From a virus (taxonomy: Duplodnaviria; Heunggongvirae; Uroviricota; Caudoviricetes): a stretch of DNA of 64,000 nt. Positions within the stretch are counted from its first letter, which is position 1. Every line of letters starts with the position of its first letter. The position numbers were made by a program, and so were the translations under genes. The notes beneath the pieces were generated by a model that saw nothing but the letters and a program-made list of their open reading frames with translations, was not told the origin of the DNA and made no database searches. The DNA is taken from the IMG/VR virus record IMGVR_UViG_3300022660_003821; one strand, given 5' to 3'. This document shows, piece by piece, positions 17,556-27,725 of this stretch.

Positions 17556-18431
17556 ATGGAAGCTCATAAATTAGTCTACAATAAAGAAAAACGTGTCGGG
17601 AATATGCTCTATGTTGCACACGTGTCTCTTAATGATGACTGCAAAAACGGTCATATTGATTTTCATTGCACTGGCGATGTATATGAAATTACTCCAGATG
17701 GACGAAAAGTGTGGTCAAGCGGAGGTTGTTGCCACGACATGATACTAAAACGCTTTCCAGAGTTCAAGTGCTTTGTTGATTTGCATTTGTCTAACTGCGA
17801 GGGAACGCCAATGTATGCGGTGGAAAATGGTTTTTACTTTTTGCGCAACGGTAAGCGAGATGCGTTGATGAATTTATTGCGCATTTCAGCAGATGAGTAC
17901 GATTTTATTTCCCGTCATACTTGTGATGAAACGCATTTTACATACTTAATCATTACAATGGGGTTGCCGAAACGCTGGAAAGAAGAAGCAGAGGCGGCGA
18001 TCAAAGAGTTGGAAAAATTGACTGGAAAGAAATTTATTGACAATTCCACTAAACTCTACAAAATTGAGATTACTCCAGAAGAAATGTATGAGATGCAAAA
18101 TCGAGTTTCAACTGGGTATTACTCATTGGAGAATATTGAAAAGCGCAAGAAAGAAGAAATGGATGCTGCAAAGCAAGCGTTAATCAAAGAACTGGTTGAA
18201 AAATGTGAAACTGGAAAAGCCAAATATGACAGAGAGTTGGCGGTGCAGCTTTACATAATTAACTACGGACTCTCAATTGATAATTTCATTTATTACGACC
18301 ACACTCGCACAGGCGTATTCAATTGGATGGGACATAGAAATCACATCAGTGTTGAAGAGTTTGAAAAATTCATTCAATCTCTGGATAAAACAGCATTGCC
18401 AGATGGTATTAAATTTGAATTAAAGCGATGA
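17556..18431 (+). CDS. hypothetical protein
   Basis: ORF. Confidence 0.5.
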   Translation: MEAHKLVYNKEKRVGNMLYVAHVSLNDDCKNGHIDFHCTGDVYEITPDGRKVWSSGGCCHDMILKRFPEFKCFVDLHLSNCEGTPMYAVENGFYFLRNGKRDALMNLLRISADEYDFISRHTCDETHFTYLIITMGLPKRWKEEAEAAIKELEKLTGKKFIDNSTKLYKIEITPEEMYEMQNRVSTGYYSLENIEKRKKEEMDAAKQALIKELVEKCETGKAKYDRELAVQLYIINYGLSIDNFIYYDHTRTGVFNWMGHRNHISVEEFEKFIQSLDKTALPDGIKFELKR

Positions 18432-19159
18432 AACATACAGATTTTCGCTCTCTTGTGCATGACATTAAGCGCAAAGAGCAACAAGAACTTTGCCGAGCAT
18501 TAGAAGCTCATGGTGGAAATTATTCGTGGTGGGATGCAAAAGAGGAGTGCTTTGTGGAAGACGAGCATCCAATTATAGCTGTGAATGTCAATAGCATGTT
18601 CCCTAACCCTACTGATGTAGAAATTAGATCTGTGTCAGTTGACAATGGCCATCTAATATTCGTTGGCGAAGACAAGGAAAGCGGAGAGTTGGTGGATTTT
18701 CAGGCTTGGGATACGTTTGCCGGGCATCTCGGCTACATCATTGACCTAATCCCTGACTCAGAATGGGTAGATGATGTCACCACAATGCCAGAAGATTTCG
18801 CGGTTCCAGTATCTATATCTCGTAAAGATTTGGAAGATATTGGGTTTGATGCGGATAATATTTCAATTAAAGACATGGAGAATATCGCCAGATGTATGAG
18901 CGATTTGTATTCTGAATACAACTATTCAGAGGATTTGAAAATGTCCGCAGAAAAATTATCTGTACCACGACTTAATTCTCAAAAGTACGATGAATGGTTT
19001 GGCAATCTTGATTTCCCTTCACTTGAACGGGTAACAGGGTTTGTGCAAACTGATTATTCCCAAGAAGACGGGTATCAAGATTTTGTTGATGCTTGTGAAG
19101 ATTGGTGGGCAGATTTAACCCCAAGCCAAAGAAAGGAGGTTTATGAAAGTCACTCTTAA
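18428..19159 (+). CDS. hypothetical acidic protein
   Basis: ORF with an ATGA overlap with the upstream gene. Confidence 0.5.
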   Translation: MKHTDFRSLVHDIKRKEQQELCRALEAHGGNYSWWDAKEECFVEDEHPIIAVNVNSMFPNPTDVEIRSVSVDNGHLIFVGEDKESGELVDFQAWDTFAGHLGYIIDLIPDSEWVDDVTTMPEDFAVPVSISRKDLEDIGFDADNISIKDMENIARCMSDLYSEYNYSEDLKMSAEKLSVPRLNSQKYDEWFGNLDFPSLERVTGFVQTDYSQEDGYQDFVDACEDWWADLTPSQRKEVYESHS

Positions 19160-19364
19160 AAATGGTAGTATCACATTGACAGTTGAATGTGAGACATATT
19201 CCATTACTCCTAAATATACAAATATCTGGGTGGAGAATTTTGAGCAAGTTGCAGAAATCCTCCAGCATCGAATTTGTGAAGCTGTTCGTGTGTCTGTTTT
19301 GAATTGCAATTATGATATTTGGCAAGTTGGATTCAAGACAGAAGACATAAAGATTGAAATATAG
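19143..19364 (+). CDS. hypothetical protein
   Basis: ORF. Confidence 0.4.
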   Translation: MKVTLKNGSITLTVECETYSITPKYTNIWVENFEQVAEILQHRICEAVRVSVLNCNYDIWQVGFKTEDIKIEI

Positions 19365-19384
19365 TTTTTCAATTCCCCTATTGC

Positions 19385-19424
19385 AAGGCCACTTTGACTT
19401 AGTGTTGAAGTGGCCTTGTTCATT
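19385..19424 (+). terminator. rho-independent terminator
   Basis: AAGGCCACTT..AAGTGGCCTT followed by GTTCATT. Confidence 0.5.
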
Positions 19425-19515
19425 AAAGCGCAAAAAAGTGGACAACTTTTCACACCACTCTTTTAGCATTTTCCTATTCATAATAAACAATTGACAAATC
19501 TTAAAACAGTAAATT

Positions 19516-21231
19516 ATGGCATCTTATTCAGATATAGCTCATAGATGGGCCAACCAAGACTTTGGTCGAAATGGCTCATTGGTTGCAGGCAACTGTTCCT
19601 GCGATGAGTACAGTTTCAAATCTTACAATACGGTTATCGGTCAATGGCTCGACAAGGATAAAAATGTGATGGTTATTATAGATGAAAATCTGAGTCCATC
19701 AACATCAAAACACATAAGCGCATTATGTGGTGCAGTTCCTGGCAGGGTTCACGTTTTCCGTTGCCATTTATTAGCAACATATTGGGAATGGGACAACGTA
19801 CATTTTATTGACAGACATACGCCTTTCGATAAGAAGGTGCGTATGCAGATGGTTGAAGTGTTTATCAACAATCTTTATCAAGATTTCCTGAAAATCACTA
19901 CTTCACGCTCATTAAAAGATGGTGAGATTTCATTGAAGTGTTGGAGATACATAAAAGAGTTGAACGAACTGTATAATAACGATGCTTCACCTCAAAAATG
20001 GCTGAAACAGAAGCTGGGAACAAATCTCACAAAGAAGTCTCGTGCCTGGATTATGAGAAAGCGCAAGATGGTGAAAAGTTTACTGGAGGGATTGTCTATT
20101 CAAGAGGTAACTGATGCAGTATTCGGTGCCGGCACTTGGGATGCGTATGAGGAACGTGTTGCTCCACTCAAAAAAGCTGCAAATGCAAGAGAGTTTGCAG
20201 AAAAAGTCAATAGGTATTTAATGACGAGCAATGGATGGAGCCGTAAGCCTTTGTATTCTTATAAGGAAATACAGGCGATGACCCCCTCCCAGCGCATTGC
20301 AATCAAATTTGCCAATTTCGAGAAACGTCAGGTCAAATACAAAAAGCAGCTTGAACATCGTGAACAGTCAATGGATAGAGCGAAGCGATACATTGGCATC
20401 GTTTCACCAAATAGATATGGGAGCAATGAGGATGTTGCTGAAGTCATCAATCACTTTACTGGTGAGAAGATTTATTTCATGGAGCGTCCTTCGTATTTTT
20501 ATGATTACCATGAAAATGTTGGAATAACATTTGGTGTCAAAGAATTTAAGGCATTCTGTGAAGCATCTGATAAGAAGCATTGGTTGAAGAGATTTTATGA
20601 TATGTGTACGGTAAAACGTAACCGTATCATTGCAATGAACTTGTATAATCAAATCAAAAATGGAAGGCTTTCTATTGAAGAGTTAACTCCCTCTGAAATT
20701 GCTTTGTACGATGGGTATCTAAAACGTAAAGAGCAATATGAAAAAGATGATGAGTTGCGCAGAGCAAAAGAGGCTGAGGAACGAGCTGCAAGATTAGCTG
20801 AAATTGAGGCCCGTAAGCGTGCAGAACGTGAAGAAAAGTTACAAAAACTGGCCGCATACCGTGAAAACGGAATGGAAGGCTTGCGTAATATTTGGCGTGA
20901 CCATTTTGATGCAATTCCATCAGAGTGTCGTAATGACGATGAATACTACTATGGCGGCAATGTTCTTTTGAGATTTGAGAACGAGGATATTGTTGGCACC
21001 AGTAAGGGTATCAAACTATCTATCAAAATGTGTAAGGTGTTGTTTCGTACAATCAAGAAATGGCACGATGACCCTGTTCAATTCTCCCAGACTGAGGTAA
21101 GGACAGAAAACTGTGGAATATTCCGCATCACAGAATATAAAGATGACATTTTAGTTGCTGGATGTCATCGTATTGCATACACCGAAATGGAGCGTATGTA
21201 CAATGCAATCATGAATAAGCAAGTCGCTTAA
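19516..21231 (+). CDS. hypothetical protein (571 aa) with a Glu/Arg-rich coiled-coil segment
   Basis: ORF. Confidence 0.55.
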   Translation: MASYSDIAHRWANQDFGRNGSLVAGNCSCDEYSFKSYNTVIGQWLDKDKNVMVIIDENLSPSTSKHISALCGAVPGRVHVFRCHLLATYWEWDNVHFIDRHTPFDKKVRMQMVEVFINNLYQDFLKITTSRSLKDGEISLKCWRYIKELNELYNNDASPQKWLKQKLGTNLTKKSRAWIMRKRKMVKSLLEGLSIQEVTDAVFGAGTWDAYEERVAPLKKAANAREFAEKVNRYLMTSNGWSRKPLYSYKEIQAMTPSQRIAIKFANFEKRQVKYKKQLEHREQSMDRAKRYIGIVSPNRYGSNEDVAEVINHFTGEKIYFMERPSYFYDYHENVGITFGVKEFKAFCEASDKKHWLKRFYDMCTVKRNRIIAMNLYNQIKNGRLSIEELTPSEIALYDGYLKRKEQYEKDDELRRAKEAEERAARLAEIEARKRAEREEKLQKLAAYRENGMEGLRNIWRDHFDAIPSECRNDDEYYYGGNVLLRFENEDIVGTSKGIKLSIKMCKVLFRTIKKWHDDPVQFSQTEVRTENCGIFRITEYKDDILVAGCHRIAYTEMERMYNAIMNKQVA

Positions 21232-21258
21232 TAAATAACATTTTTAATTTTTCAAACT

Positions 21259-21945
21259 ATGGAACATAAAATTTCTGTAAAGACATTCGACAACGGCGTA
21301 ATGTCAGTAAGTGAGTTCAAAAATGCAGGTCTCAACAAAAGAGAGGTTGTGGGTATTGTGTTGCAAACCGAGACAATCGGATTAATTCTCGCACTTCCGT
21401 CTTGGGAAGAGAAATGGGGTGATAAGGAGATTTGTGTAGATGTCAAGGATAGCAATGACTATATAGGTGAAGCTACCGCTTTGACAACATTGTGTGGCCT
21501 GGAAGCAACTCAGCGTATTGTAAAAGCACATGAAGACTACGAAGGGATGTATGCAGCAAAGCGTTGTCTGGAGTACGATTGCGCCGGCCTCCAGTGGTAT
21601 CTTCCATCTTTGTACGAACTTGGTATGTTGCAGGCTTTCAAAAGCGAAATCAACGCAGCATTGGATGAACTTGGATTGTCAGATGCCAAGTTAAAAGACG
21701 AGTGGAGCTGGAGTAGTTCAGAGTACTTCCAGACTGGCGCATGGAACGTCTACTTCTCCAATGGTTACTTCAACCTCTACAACAAGTACTACAGTAACGT
21801 GGTTAGGGCTGTGTGCGCATTTGAGCCATTGCGAGGCGTTCTTTCAACGCCGAGCGAAAATAAAGAGTTAACCGATGATGCTCTTATCACTCTCCTAAGA
21901 CAGCGTGGCTATAAGGGTGAAATCACTAAAACATTCAAGTTGTAA
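21259..21945 (+). CDS. hypothetical protein
   Basis: ORF. Confidence 0.5.
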   Translation: MEHKISVKTFDNGVMSVSEFKNAGLNKREVVGIVLQTETIGLILALPSWEEKWGDKEICVDVKDSNDYIGEATALTTLCGLEATQRIVKAHEDYEGMYAAKRCLEYDCAGLQWYLPSLYELGMLQAFKSEINAALDELGLSDAKLKDEWSWSSSEYFQTGAWNVYFSNGYFNLYNKYYSNVVRAVCAFEPLRGVLSTPSENKELTDDALITLLRQRGYKGEITKTFKL

Positions 21946-22205
21946 TGGAAAAATATAGTATTAATTGGCTGGGTAAAGAGTACCCGGCCATTGATATTGT
22001 CATTTTCGCTGGTACTGATAATGAGCAACAGGTAACAATTTCATCAACTGAATTGGATGCCATATTATTGGAAGATATGGATGGCAGCATTGCTTCTAAT
22101 GAGGCGATGAAATTAGATGAAACCATTGCTTATTACATTGAGCCGGAAGAGTTCGACTTAACAGAAGAGGAAATCATTAAAATTGTAGAAGCAAGTTATA
22201 ATTAA
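21945..22205 (+). CDS. hypothetical acidic protein
   Basis: ORF. Confidence 0.4.
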   Translation: MEKYSINWLGKEYPAIDIVIFAGTDNEQQVTISSTELDAILLEDMDGSIASNEAMKLDETIAYYIEPEEFDLTEEEIIKIVEASYN

Positions 22206-22206
22206 T

Positions 22207-22533
22207 ATGCCTTATAAAAGTGAGCGAATACCTATTTCGGGTACAGTTTACGATAAGCGTAGAAAACTTTCTTCAGAGCAAATTCAGGCTATTAAAATTT
22301 TGAATGAGCGAGGCTACAGTCAGCGCAAGTTGGCAACTATGTTTGGGTGCAGTAAGCGTTCAGTACAGAACATACTGCACCCTCAAAAACGTAGCAAGCC
22401 TAAGAAACGCTCTACGGCTTATTGGACTGAAGCGAAAAAGCAATACAGAAAACGTAAGCAAGAGTTATATTCAACTGGTAAAATCAATGAAAACAGGAAG
22501 AGAAAATATAGAACTTCAGACAAACCACCCTAA
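22207..22533 (+). CDS. helix-turn-helix DNA-binding protein (sigma-70 region-4-like)
   Basis: The segment SEQIQAIKILNERGYSQRKLATMFGCSKRSV reads as a helix-turn-helix. Confidence 0.45.
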   Translation: MPYKSERIPISGTVYDKRRKLSSEQIQAIKILNERGYSQRKLATMFGCSKRSVQNILHPQKRSKPKKRSTAYWTEAKKQYRKRKQELYSTGKINENRKRKYRTSDKPP

Positions 22534-22918
22534 TTATGGTAAGGTTGTCAAAACAGCTGATGGCAGACTTGTTTGTCATATTTGTGGAAAGCCGTTTCGT
22601 AAGTTAGGTGCTCATGTAGTTCAAAAGCACGGAATAACGGCTTGGGAATACAAAGTAATGTTTGGCCTTGATGTTATCAGGGGGCTGATAAGTGATGAAC
22701 ATCGACAACATTTATCAGATTGTGTTACTCGCAATTATGATGTAGTGGTAAAACAAAATCTAATCGAATGTGGTGCAGCTACACGTTTCTCCTTGCATTC
22801 CAAGGGGCGTGTAAAAGCTGTAGTGTCAGAACAAACAAGGTTGCGCCTTATTGAGCAGGGGAAAAGAACAATTCACAATACAAGAACGCATGAAAAGAAA
22901 ATACATCGAGGAGAGTAA
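22490..22918 (+). CDS. hypothetical protein with a C2H2-like Cys/His pair (CHICGKPFRKLGAHVVQKHG)
   Basis: Frame of ORF 22304..22918; the start is uncertain. Confidence 0.35.
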   Translation, partial: KTGRENIELQTNHPNYGKVVKTADGRLVCHICGKPFRKLGAHVVQKHGITAWEYKVMFGLDVIRGLISDEHRQHLSDCVTRNYDVVVKQNLIECGAATRFSLHSKGRVKAVVSEQTRLRLIEQGKRTIHNTRTHEKKIHRGE

Positions 22919-23120
22919 TGAGATTCCAATCCATAGCTTTCTAAAATGTATCATGACTTTTACTGGCTTAAAGCGAGGTAAAGATTATGTAGTGCGTGCG
23001 AATCATTTACATATCAATAAACATCCAATCAGGGGCAAAGTCCTCACACTTCTAAAAGAGTGCTATCCAGAATATCATTATTACTGGGAGACTCCCAAAT
23101 TATTAACATGGTTCAAATAA
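22890..23120 (+). CDS. hypothetical protein
   Basis: ORF 22851..23120 with an internal start chosen. Confidence 0.3.
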   Translation: MKRKYIEESNEIPIHSFLKCIMTFTGLKRGKDYVVRANHLHINKHPIRGKVLTLLKECYPEYHYYWETPKLLTWFK

Positions 23121-23127
23121 GAAAGTT

Positions 23128-23970
23128 ATGAGTAAATATGATTTTATTGGAATGGGCCAAAAGGTATGGTATGACCCATTTAATGACAATAATTGTCGCT
23201 TGATGCAGGTATGTACAAAGGTGCCTGAAATCATTAAAAATGATACAAGAATTTCGCTGATCCCTGTAGATTCAGATGCCTATGAAGAAGAGTTATCGTG
23301 CGAGTATGCCAGAGCCGATGAATTGAAGCCATACCTTAATGACTTCTCTAAAGGTTATTGGTGTGCTGTACAGAACGCTGTCGCAAATGGCGCAAGCGAT
23401 ACAACTGTGAGCGATATGATAAAGGCAGCTGGTTTTTCTTACAATGAGTGTATATACCTTATGGAAGACAGCGATTTCCAGAGTGACAAGTTAAGTGACA
23501 TTGTAGAAACCACTTTCCCGATGACTTTGGGGAGGCTGGTCGATAGCTTAGAGTTTGAGCCGCAATTCTTAATGTTGGAATTGTCTAACGGTGATGTGAT
23601 ACGCGGTATCGTGATTGATGAACACATTGATCATAAGCGCGACACATTTGGGCGTTACATTTACGATGTACGCCATTCCGATGATACAGATGCACTTGCT
23701 ACATTGGAAAACATTGTGCGTGTAAATCGAGAATGCACTATCGCGGTAGATAAACCCATTGAAGAGTTAGAGAACGGAGAATATTTGGAGATTGTAGATT
23801 GGAGTTACGAAAGCTGGGAAGAAGCAGCTGAGAACGTACTCTTGGAGGAGGTTGATTTGGCCGCTACTGCTGATATTCAGACATTCATTTCTGACTACTG
23901 GGAGAACTTAGAGACATTTGAAAGAAATATCGCCACATTCAAACAATGGATCGGTCAAGAAATTCCATAA
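23128..23970 (+). CDS. hypothetical acidic protein
   Basis: ORF. Confidence 0.5.
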   Translation: MSKYDFIGMGQKVWYDPFNDNNCRLMQVCTKVPEIIKNDTRISLIPVDSDAYEEELSCEYARADELKPYLNDFSKGYWCAVQNAVANGASDTTVSDMIKAAGFSYNECIYLMEDSDFQSDKLSDIVETTFPMTLGRLVDSLEFEPQFLMLELSNGDVIRGIVIDEHIDHKRDTFGRYIYDVRHSDDTDALATLENIVRVNRECTIAVDKPIEELENGEYLEIVDWSYESWEEAAENVLLEEVDLAATADIQTFISDYWENLETFERNIATFKQWIGQEIP

Positions 23971-23982
23971 TTAGATAAAACT

Positions 23983-25617
23983 ATGCAATTACTATATATT
24001 GATTTGTTTTGTGGTGCCGGTGGAACAAGTACGGGAGTTGAAACCGCCCGTATGAACGGAGAGCAATGTTCAAAGGTGATAGCTTGTGTAAATCATGACA
24101 AGAATGCTATCGCCTCTCACGCCGCCAATCATCCAGATGCGTTACACTTTACAGAGGATATTCGCACATTGGAACTTTCGCCACTGGAAGAGCATTTGAA
24201 GAAATGCCGGGCGCAATACCCCGATGCTTTGGTAGTATTATGGGCTTCTTTGGAATGCACAAACTTCAGTAAGGCCAAAGGAGGGCAACCGAGAGATGCT
24301 GACAGTAGAACTCTTGCTGAGCATCTATTTCGCTACATCGAAGCAATTAACCCCGACTACATTCAGATTGAGAATGTAGAGGAGTTTATGAGCTGGGGAC
24401 CGTTGGATGAAAACGGAAAACCTGTGAGTAAATATAAAGGGGAATCATATACTCGATGGATTGAGAATGTTTGTGCTTATGGATATAGGTTTGACCACCG
24501 TATTCTTAATTCAGCTGATTTCGGAGCGATTACAAGCAGAAAACGATTCTTTGGAATATTTGCGAAAGGTGATTTGCCGATTGTGTTCCCATCATCAACA
24601 CATTCAAAGAAACCGTGTCCTGGAAAGAAAAACTGGGGTGCAGTAAGAAGTGCGTTGGATTTTGAGGATAAAGGGAAAAGTATGTTTGGGCGAAAGAAAC
24701 CTTTGGTTGACGCTTCTCTTAGACGTATTTACGCTGGACTTATCAAGTTTGTTGCTGGTGGTAAGGATGCGTTTCTTGTGAAGTATAATTCTATGAACCA
24801 AGCAGGCAAATACGTACCGCCCAGCATTGATGAGCCATGCCCTACCGTTGCGACTCAAAATAGATTAGGACTTGCTTCAGTGTGCTTTTTATCAAAAGCA
24901 TATAGCGGGGACCCTATGAGCAAAAATTCGAGTATAGACGAACCTGCTGGCACTATTACTACAATTGACCATCATCAATTCATATCTGTGCATTACGGAA
25001 ATGGTTTTGTCAAGTCTATTGATGAGCCAGCTCCAACTATAACTACGAAAGATAGATGTGCGCTTGTCAATCCAACTTTCATTGTTAACCAATATTCTGG
25101 AGGCGGGCAGCTGTCAAGTTGTGATGATCCATGTCCAGCAATTACAACTAACCCAAAGCAGAATGTAGTACAATGCGTAATGCCGAGTGATTACTTTTTG
25201 ATGAATCCTCAATATTCCTCTCCTGGCGGTTCTATAGAGAATCCGTGCTTTACTCTGATAGCTCGGATGGATAAGATGCCACCTTATTTGATTGAAGCCA
25301 CCCATTCTGGAGTATTGCATGACTTCATAACTATGTCTGACAAAGGTTTGGTATATCACATTTACAATACAGACTCGGAGCCAATGAAGCAAATCAAAGA
25401 GTTTATGGCATTGTATAACATTGTTGACATTAAGGTTCGCATGTTAAGGGTGGGAGAACTCAAAAAAATTATGGGCTTCCCAGATGATTATGTTTTGATA
25501 GGTACACAAGCCGAGCAAAAGAAATATATCGGTAATGCTGTTGAGGTAACAATGGCCCGTGTGCTTTGTGAAGCATTATGTAACACATTATCAACCATGC
25601 AGCGTAAAGTTGCGTAA
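23983..25617 (+). CDS. DNA (cytosine-5)-methyltransferase
   Basis: Motif I LYIDLFCGAGG, motif IV region LECTNFS, and an ENV-like IENVEEF. Confidence 0.8.
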   Translation: MQLLYIDLFCGAGGTSTGVETARMNGEQCSKVIACVNHDKNAIASHAANHPDALHFTEDIRTLELSPLEEHLKKCRAQYPDALVVLWASLECTNFSKAKGGQPRDADSRTLAEHLFRYIEAINPDYIQIENVEEFMSWGPLDENGKPVSKYKGESYTRWIENVCAYGYRFDHRILNSADFGAITSRKRFFGIFAKGDLPIVFPSSTHSKKPCPGKKNWGAVRSALDFEDKGKSMFGRKKPLVDASLRRIYAGLIKFVAGGKDAFLVKYNSMNQAGKYVPPSIDEPCPTVATQNRLGLASVCFLSKAYSGDPMSKNSSIDEPAGTITTIDHHQFISVHYGNGFVKSIDEPAPTITTKDRCALVNPTFIVNQYSGGGQLSSCDDPCPAITTNPKQNVVQCVMPSDYFLMNPQYSSPGGSIENPCFTLIARMDKMPPYLIEATHSGVLHDFITMSDKGLVYHIYNTDSEPMKQIKEFMALYNIVDIKVRMLRVGELKKIMGFPDDYVLIGTQAEQKKYIGNAVEVTMARVLCEALCNTLSTMQRKVA

Positions 25618-25630
25618 TCATAGAAATAAC

Positions 25631-25825
25631 ATGAAGCACTATATTCCAACAACAAGGGGTTTACGCTGTATAGATGACGGTGAATTGCAATGCTGGGTGG
25701 TATGGCACTCCCCAGATGGAGGTTCATACAATGAGTTTACCGGTAGCGAATCAGAATGTCAAGAGTATATCAAACAGCAGTGTAACCCTAATGAATATTC
25801 AATTAGTTATTCAGAATTTGATTAA
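25631..25825 (+). CDS. small hypothetical protein
   Basis: Internal Met of ORF 25559..25825, which otherwise overlaps the methyltransferase 3' end. Confidence 0.35.
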   Translation: MKHYIPTTRGLRCIDDGELQCWVVWHSPDGGSYNEFTGSESECQEYIKQQCNPNEYSISYSEFD

Positions 25826-25828
25826 GAG

Positions 25829-26251
25829 ATGAATACAACAGTTATGTTTTCTTCAGCAACTGATTTGTGGGCAACGCCACAGGCTTTCTTCGATCAGTTA
25901 AATGCTGAATTTCACTTCAATTTAGACCCTTGTGCAACTCCAGAAAACGCGAAGTGTCGTAAGTTTTTTACGAAAGAGATTGATGGCTTACGCCAAAACT
26001 GGGGGGGGTATAACGTATTTTGTAACCCGCCATACGGTAGAGAACTTCCGTTATGGGTGCAGAAGGCTTATGAAGAGAGCAAGAAGCCTAATACTACGGT
26101 GGTCATGCTTATTCCGGCTCGAACAGATACCCGGTATTTCCATGAATACATCTATCATAAAGCAAAAGAGATTCGCTTTCTAAAAGGCAGGCTTAAATTC
26201 GGAGATTCTAAAAATTCTGCACCATTCCCATCAATGGTGGTGGTGTTCTAA
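25829..26251 (+). CDS. phage-type DNA N6-adenine methyltransferase (Dam family)
   Basis: NPPY motif (FCNPPYGRE); small phage-Dam-like architecture. Confidence 0.75.
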   Translation: MNTTVMFSSATDLWATPQAFFDQLNAEFHFNLDPCATPENAKCRKFFTKEIDGLRQNWGGYNVFCNPPYGRELPLWVQKAYEESKKPNTTVVMLIPARTDTRYFHEYIYHKAKEIRFLKGRLKFGDSKNSAPFPSMVVVF

Positions 26252-26262
26252 ATCTAAAAAGT

Positions 26263-26775
26263 ATGGCAAAGAGATTAACAAGAGAAATGGCCGATGACGC
26301 TGCTGATAAATTGGCAGCTTTGGCTTTTGACAAGAAGATTGAGAAAATTAAATCAGAAATGACCAAGTTTGGAGATGTGTTGATAAATAAATATATACCT
26401 GCGCCTATTTTGGCATTGGGTGATGAGTATGCGCAATACTTTCCAGACAGAAACAATCACATACAGTTTACATCAGAAACTGCCCCAAGCTATCATTATT
26501 CTGCCCTTCCATGCACTGTTAGCAATCCTATTTATAGAAAAGTGTTTGTGTTGAGTGAGGAAGACTATAAAAAGGGGCACGGGTTAAAGAGGCGTTACGA
26601 TGATTTGTGCGGTGATAAAAGGAGATATAAAAGTGATGTGTCAGACGCTTTGATGCAACTAAAGAGTGAAAAACGCATACAAGAGCAGTTCCCTGAAGCA
26701 CTTCCATATTTGAACTTTTGCGAGACAACAGCTCTGGTTCCGCAATTCGTGGAATTACGAGCAATGCTTAAATAA
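26263..26775 (+). CDS. hypothetical protein
   Basis: ORF. Confidence 0.5.
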   Translation: MAKRLTREMADDAADKLAALAFDKKIEKIKSEMTKFGDVLINKYIPAPILALGDEYAQYFPDRNNHIQFTSETAPSYHYSALPCTVSNPIYRKVFVLSEEDYKKGHGLKRRYDDLCGDKRRYKSDVSDALMQLKSEKRIQEQFPEALPYLNFCETTALVPQFVELRAMLK

Positions 26776-26791
26776 TTAACACTTAATCATT

Positions 26792-27532
26792 ATGTCCAAG
26801 ACAGACTATCAAAAAATCAACACGCTGTTTATGCGTGACGAAAACAGTATCATCATGCCAAACAACATGACGTGTGATGAGTTTGAGTATTTGAAATCTC
26901 TTAAATGGGAATGCACTGAGAAAATTGACGGTACGAATATCCATTGCGACATCTTTTGTGATGGCAACAATGTAGAAATTTCGATTCATGGCCGCACGGA
27001 AAAAGCTAACATTCCCACTCATTTGCTGGAGAAGTTAAAGACAATCTTTACAGTGTATCACATTGGCACTGTATTCAACAAGCAAATCGAAGCAGCAACG
27101 CCGGAGACCCCCTTCCAGGCTTCCATCTATGGCGAGGGATATGGGGTTAAAATTCAAAAAGGTGGTAATTACATTAAAGATGGAGTTGGTTTCATCTTGT
27201 TTGATGTAAAAGTTGGCCGCTGGTGGCTGAATCGTGAAGCATGTGAAGACATTGCTAAGGCATTCGAGATTCCAATTGTGCCACTTATCGGCTACATGAC
27301 CATTCCAGAGGCAATTGAATTTGTCAAAGCGGGATTCAAGTCAACAATTGCCGAGAATAAGGATTATGACGCTGAAGGTTTGGTGCTCAAAACTCCTTGT
27401 GGACTCCTATTCCGTAATGGTGAACGTATTATCGCCAAAATAAAAACATGTGACTTCCAGAAATACCACGCTAAATATGGCGATGGCCCTGTTGAACAAA
27501 AAGTAAATCCACACTACAAGAGCAATGAGTAA
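26792..27532 (+). CDS. ATP-dependent RNA ligase, Rnl2-like nucleotidyltransferase domain
   Basis: Motif I EKIDGT (KxDG), motif IV-like EGYGVKI, motif V IIAKIK. Confidence 0.65.
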   Translation: MSKTDYQKINTLFMRDENSIIMPNNMTCDEFEYLKSLKWECTEKIDGTNIHCDIFCDGNNVEISIHGRTEKANIPTHLLEKLKTIFTVYHIGTVFNKQIEAATPETPFQASIYGEGYGVKIQKGGNYIKDGVGFILFDVKVGRWWLNREACEDIAKAFEIPIVPLIGYMTIPEAIEFVKAGFKSTIAENKDYDAEGLVLKTPCGLLFRNGERIIAKIKTCDFQKYHAKYGDGPVEQKVNPHYKSNE

Positions 27533-27725
27533 ATCGAAATTCAAGACTGGAGATAGAGTTAAGATTATCGCCAATGACATCCAATCTAACATGGTTGGTA
27601 AGATTGGAAAAATCAAGAAAGTGTACGCTATATTCAATGACCACCATCAATACGTATATCGAGTTGAAGTTGGTGAGGTGACATTGAAAGGTGTTGCTTT
27701 GGAAACAGATTTGGAATTGGTATGA
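27525..27725 (+). CDS. small KOW-like protein
   Basis: GDRVKII..GKIGKIKKV resembles a KOW motif. Confidence 0.35.
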   Translation: MSKSKFKTGDRVKIIANDIQSNMVGKIGKIKKVYAIFNDHHQYVYRVEVGEVTLKGVALETDLELV

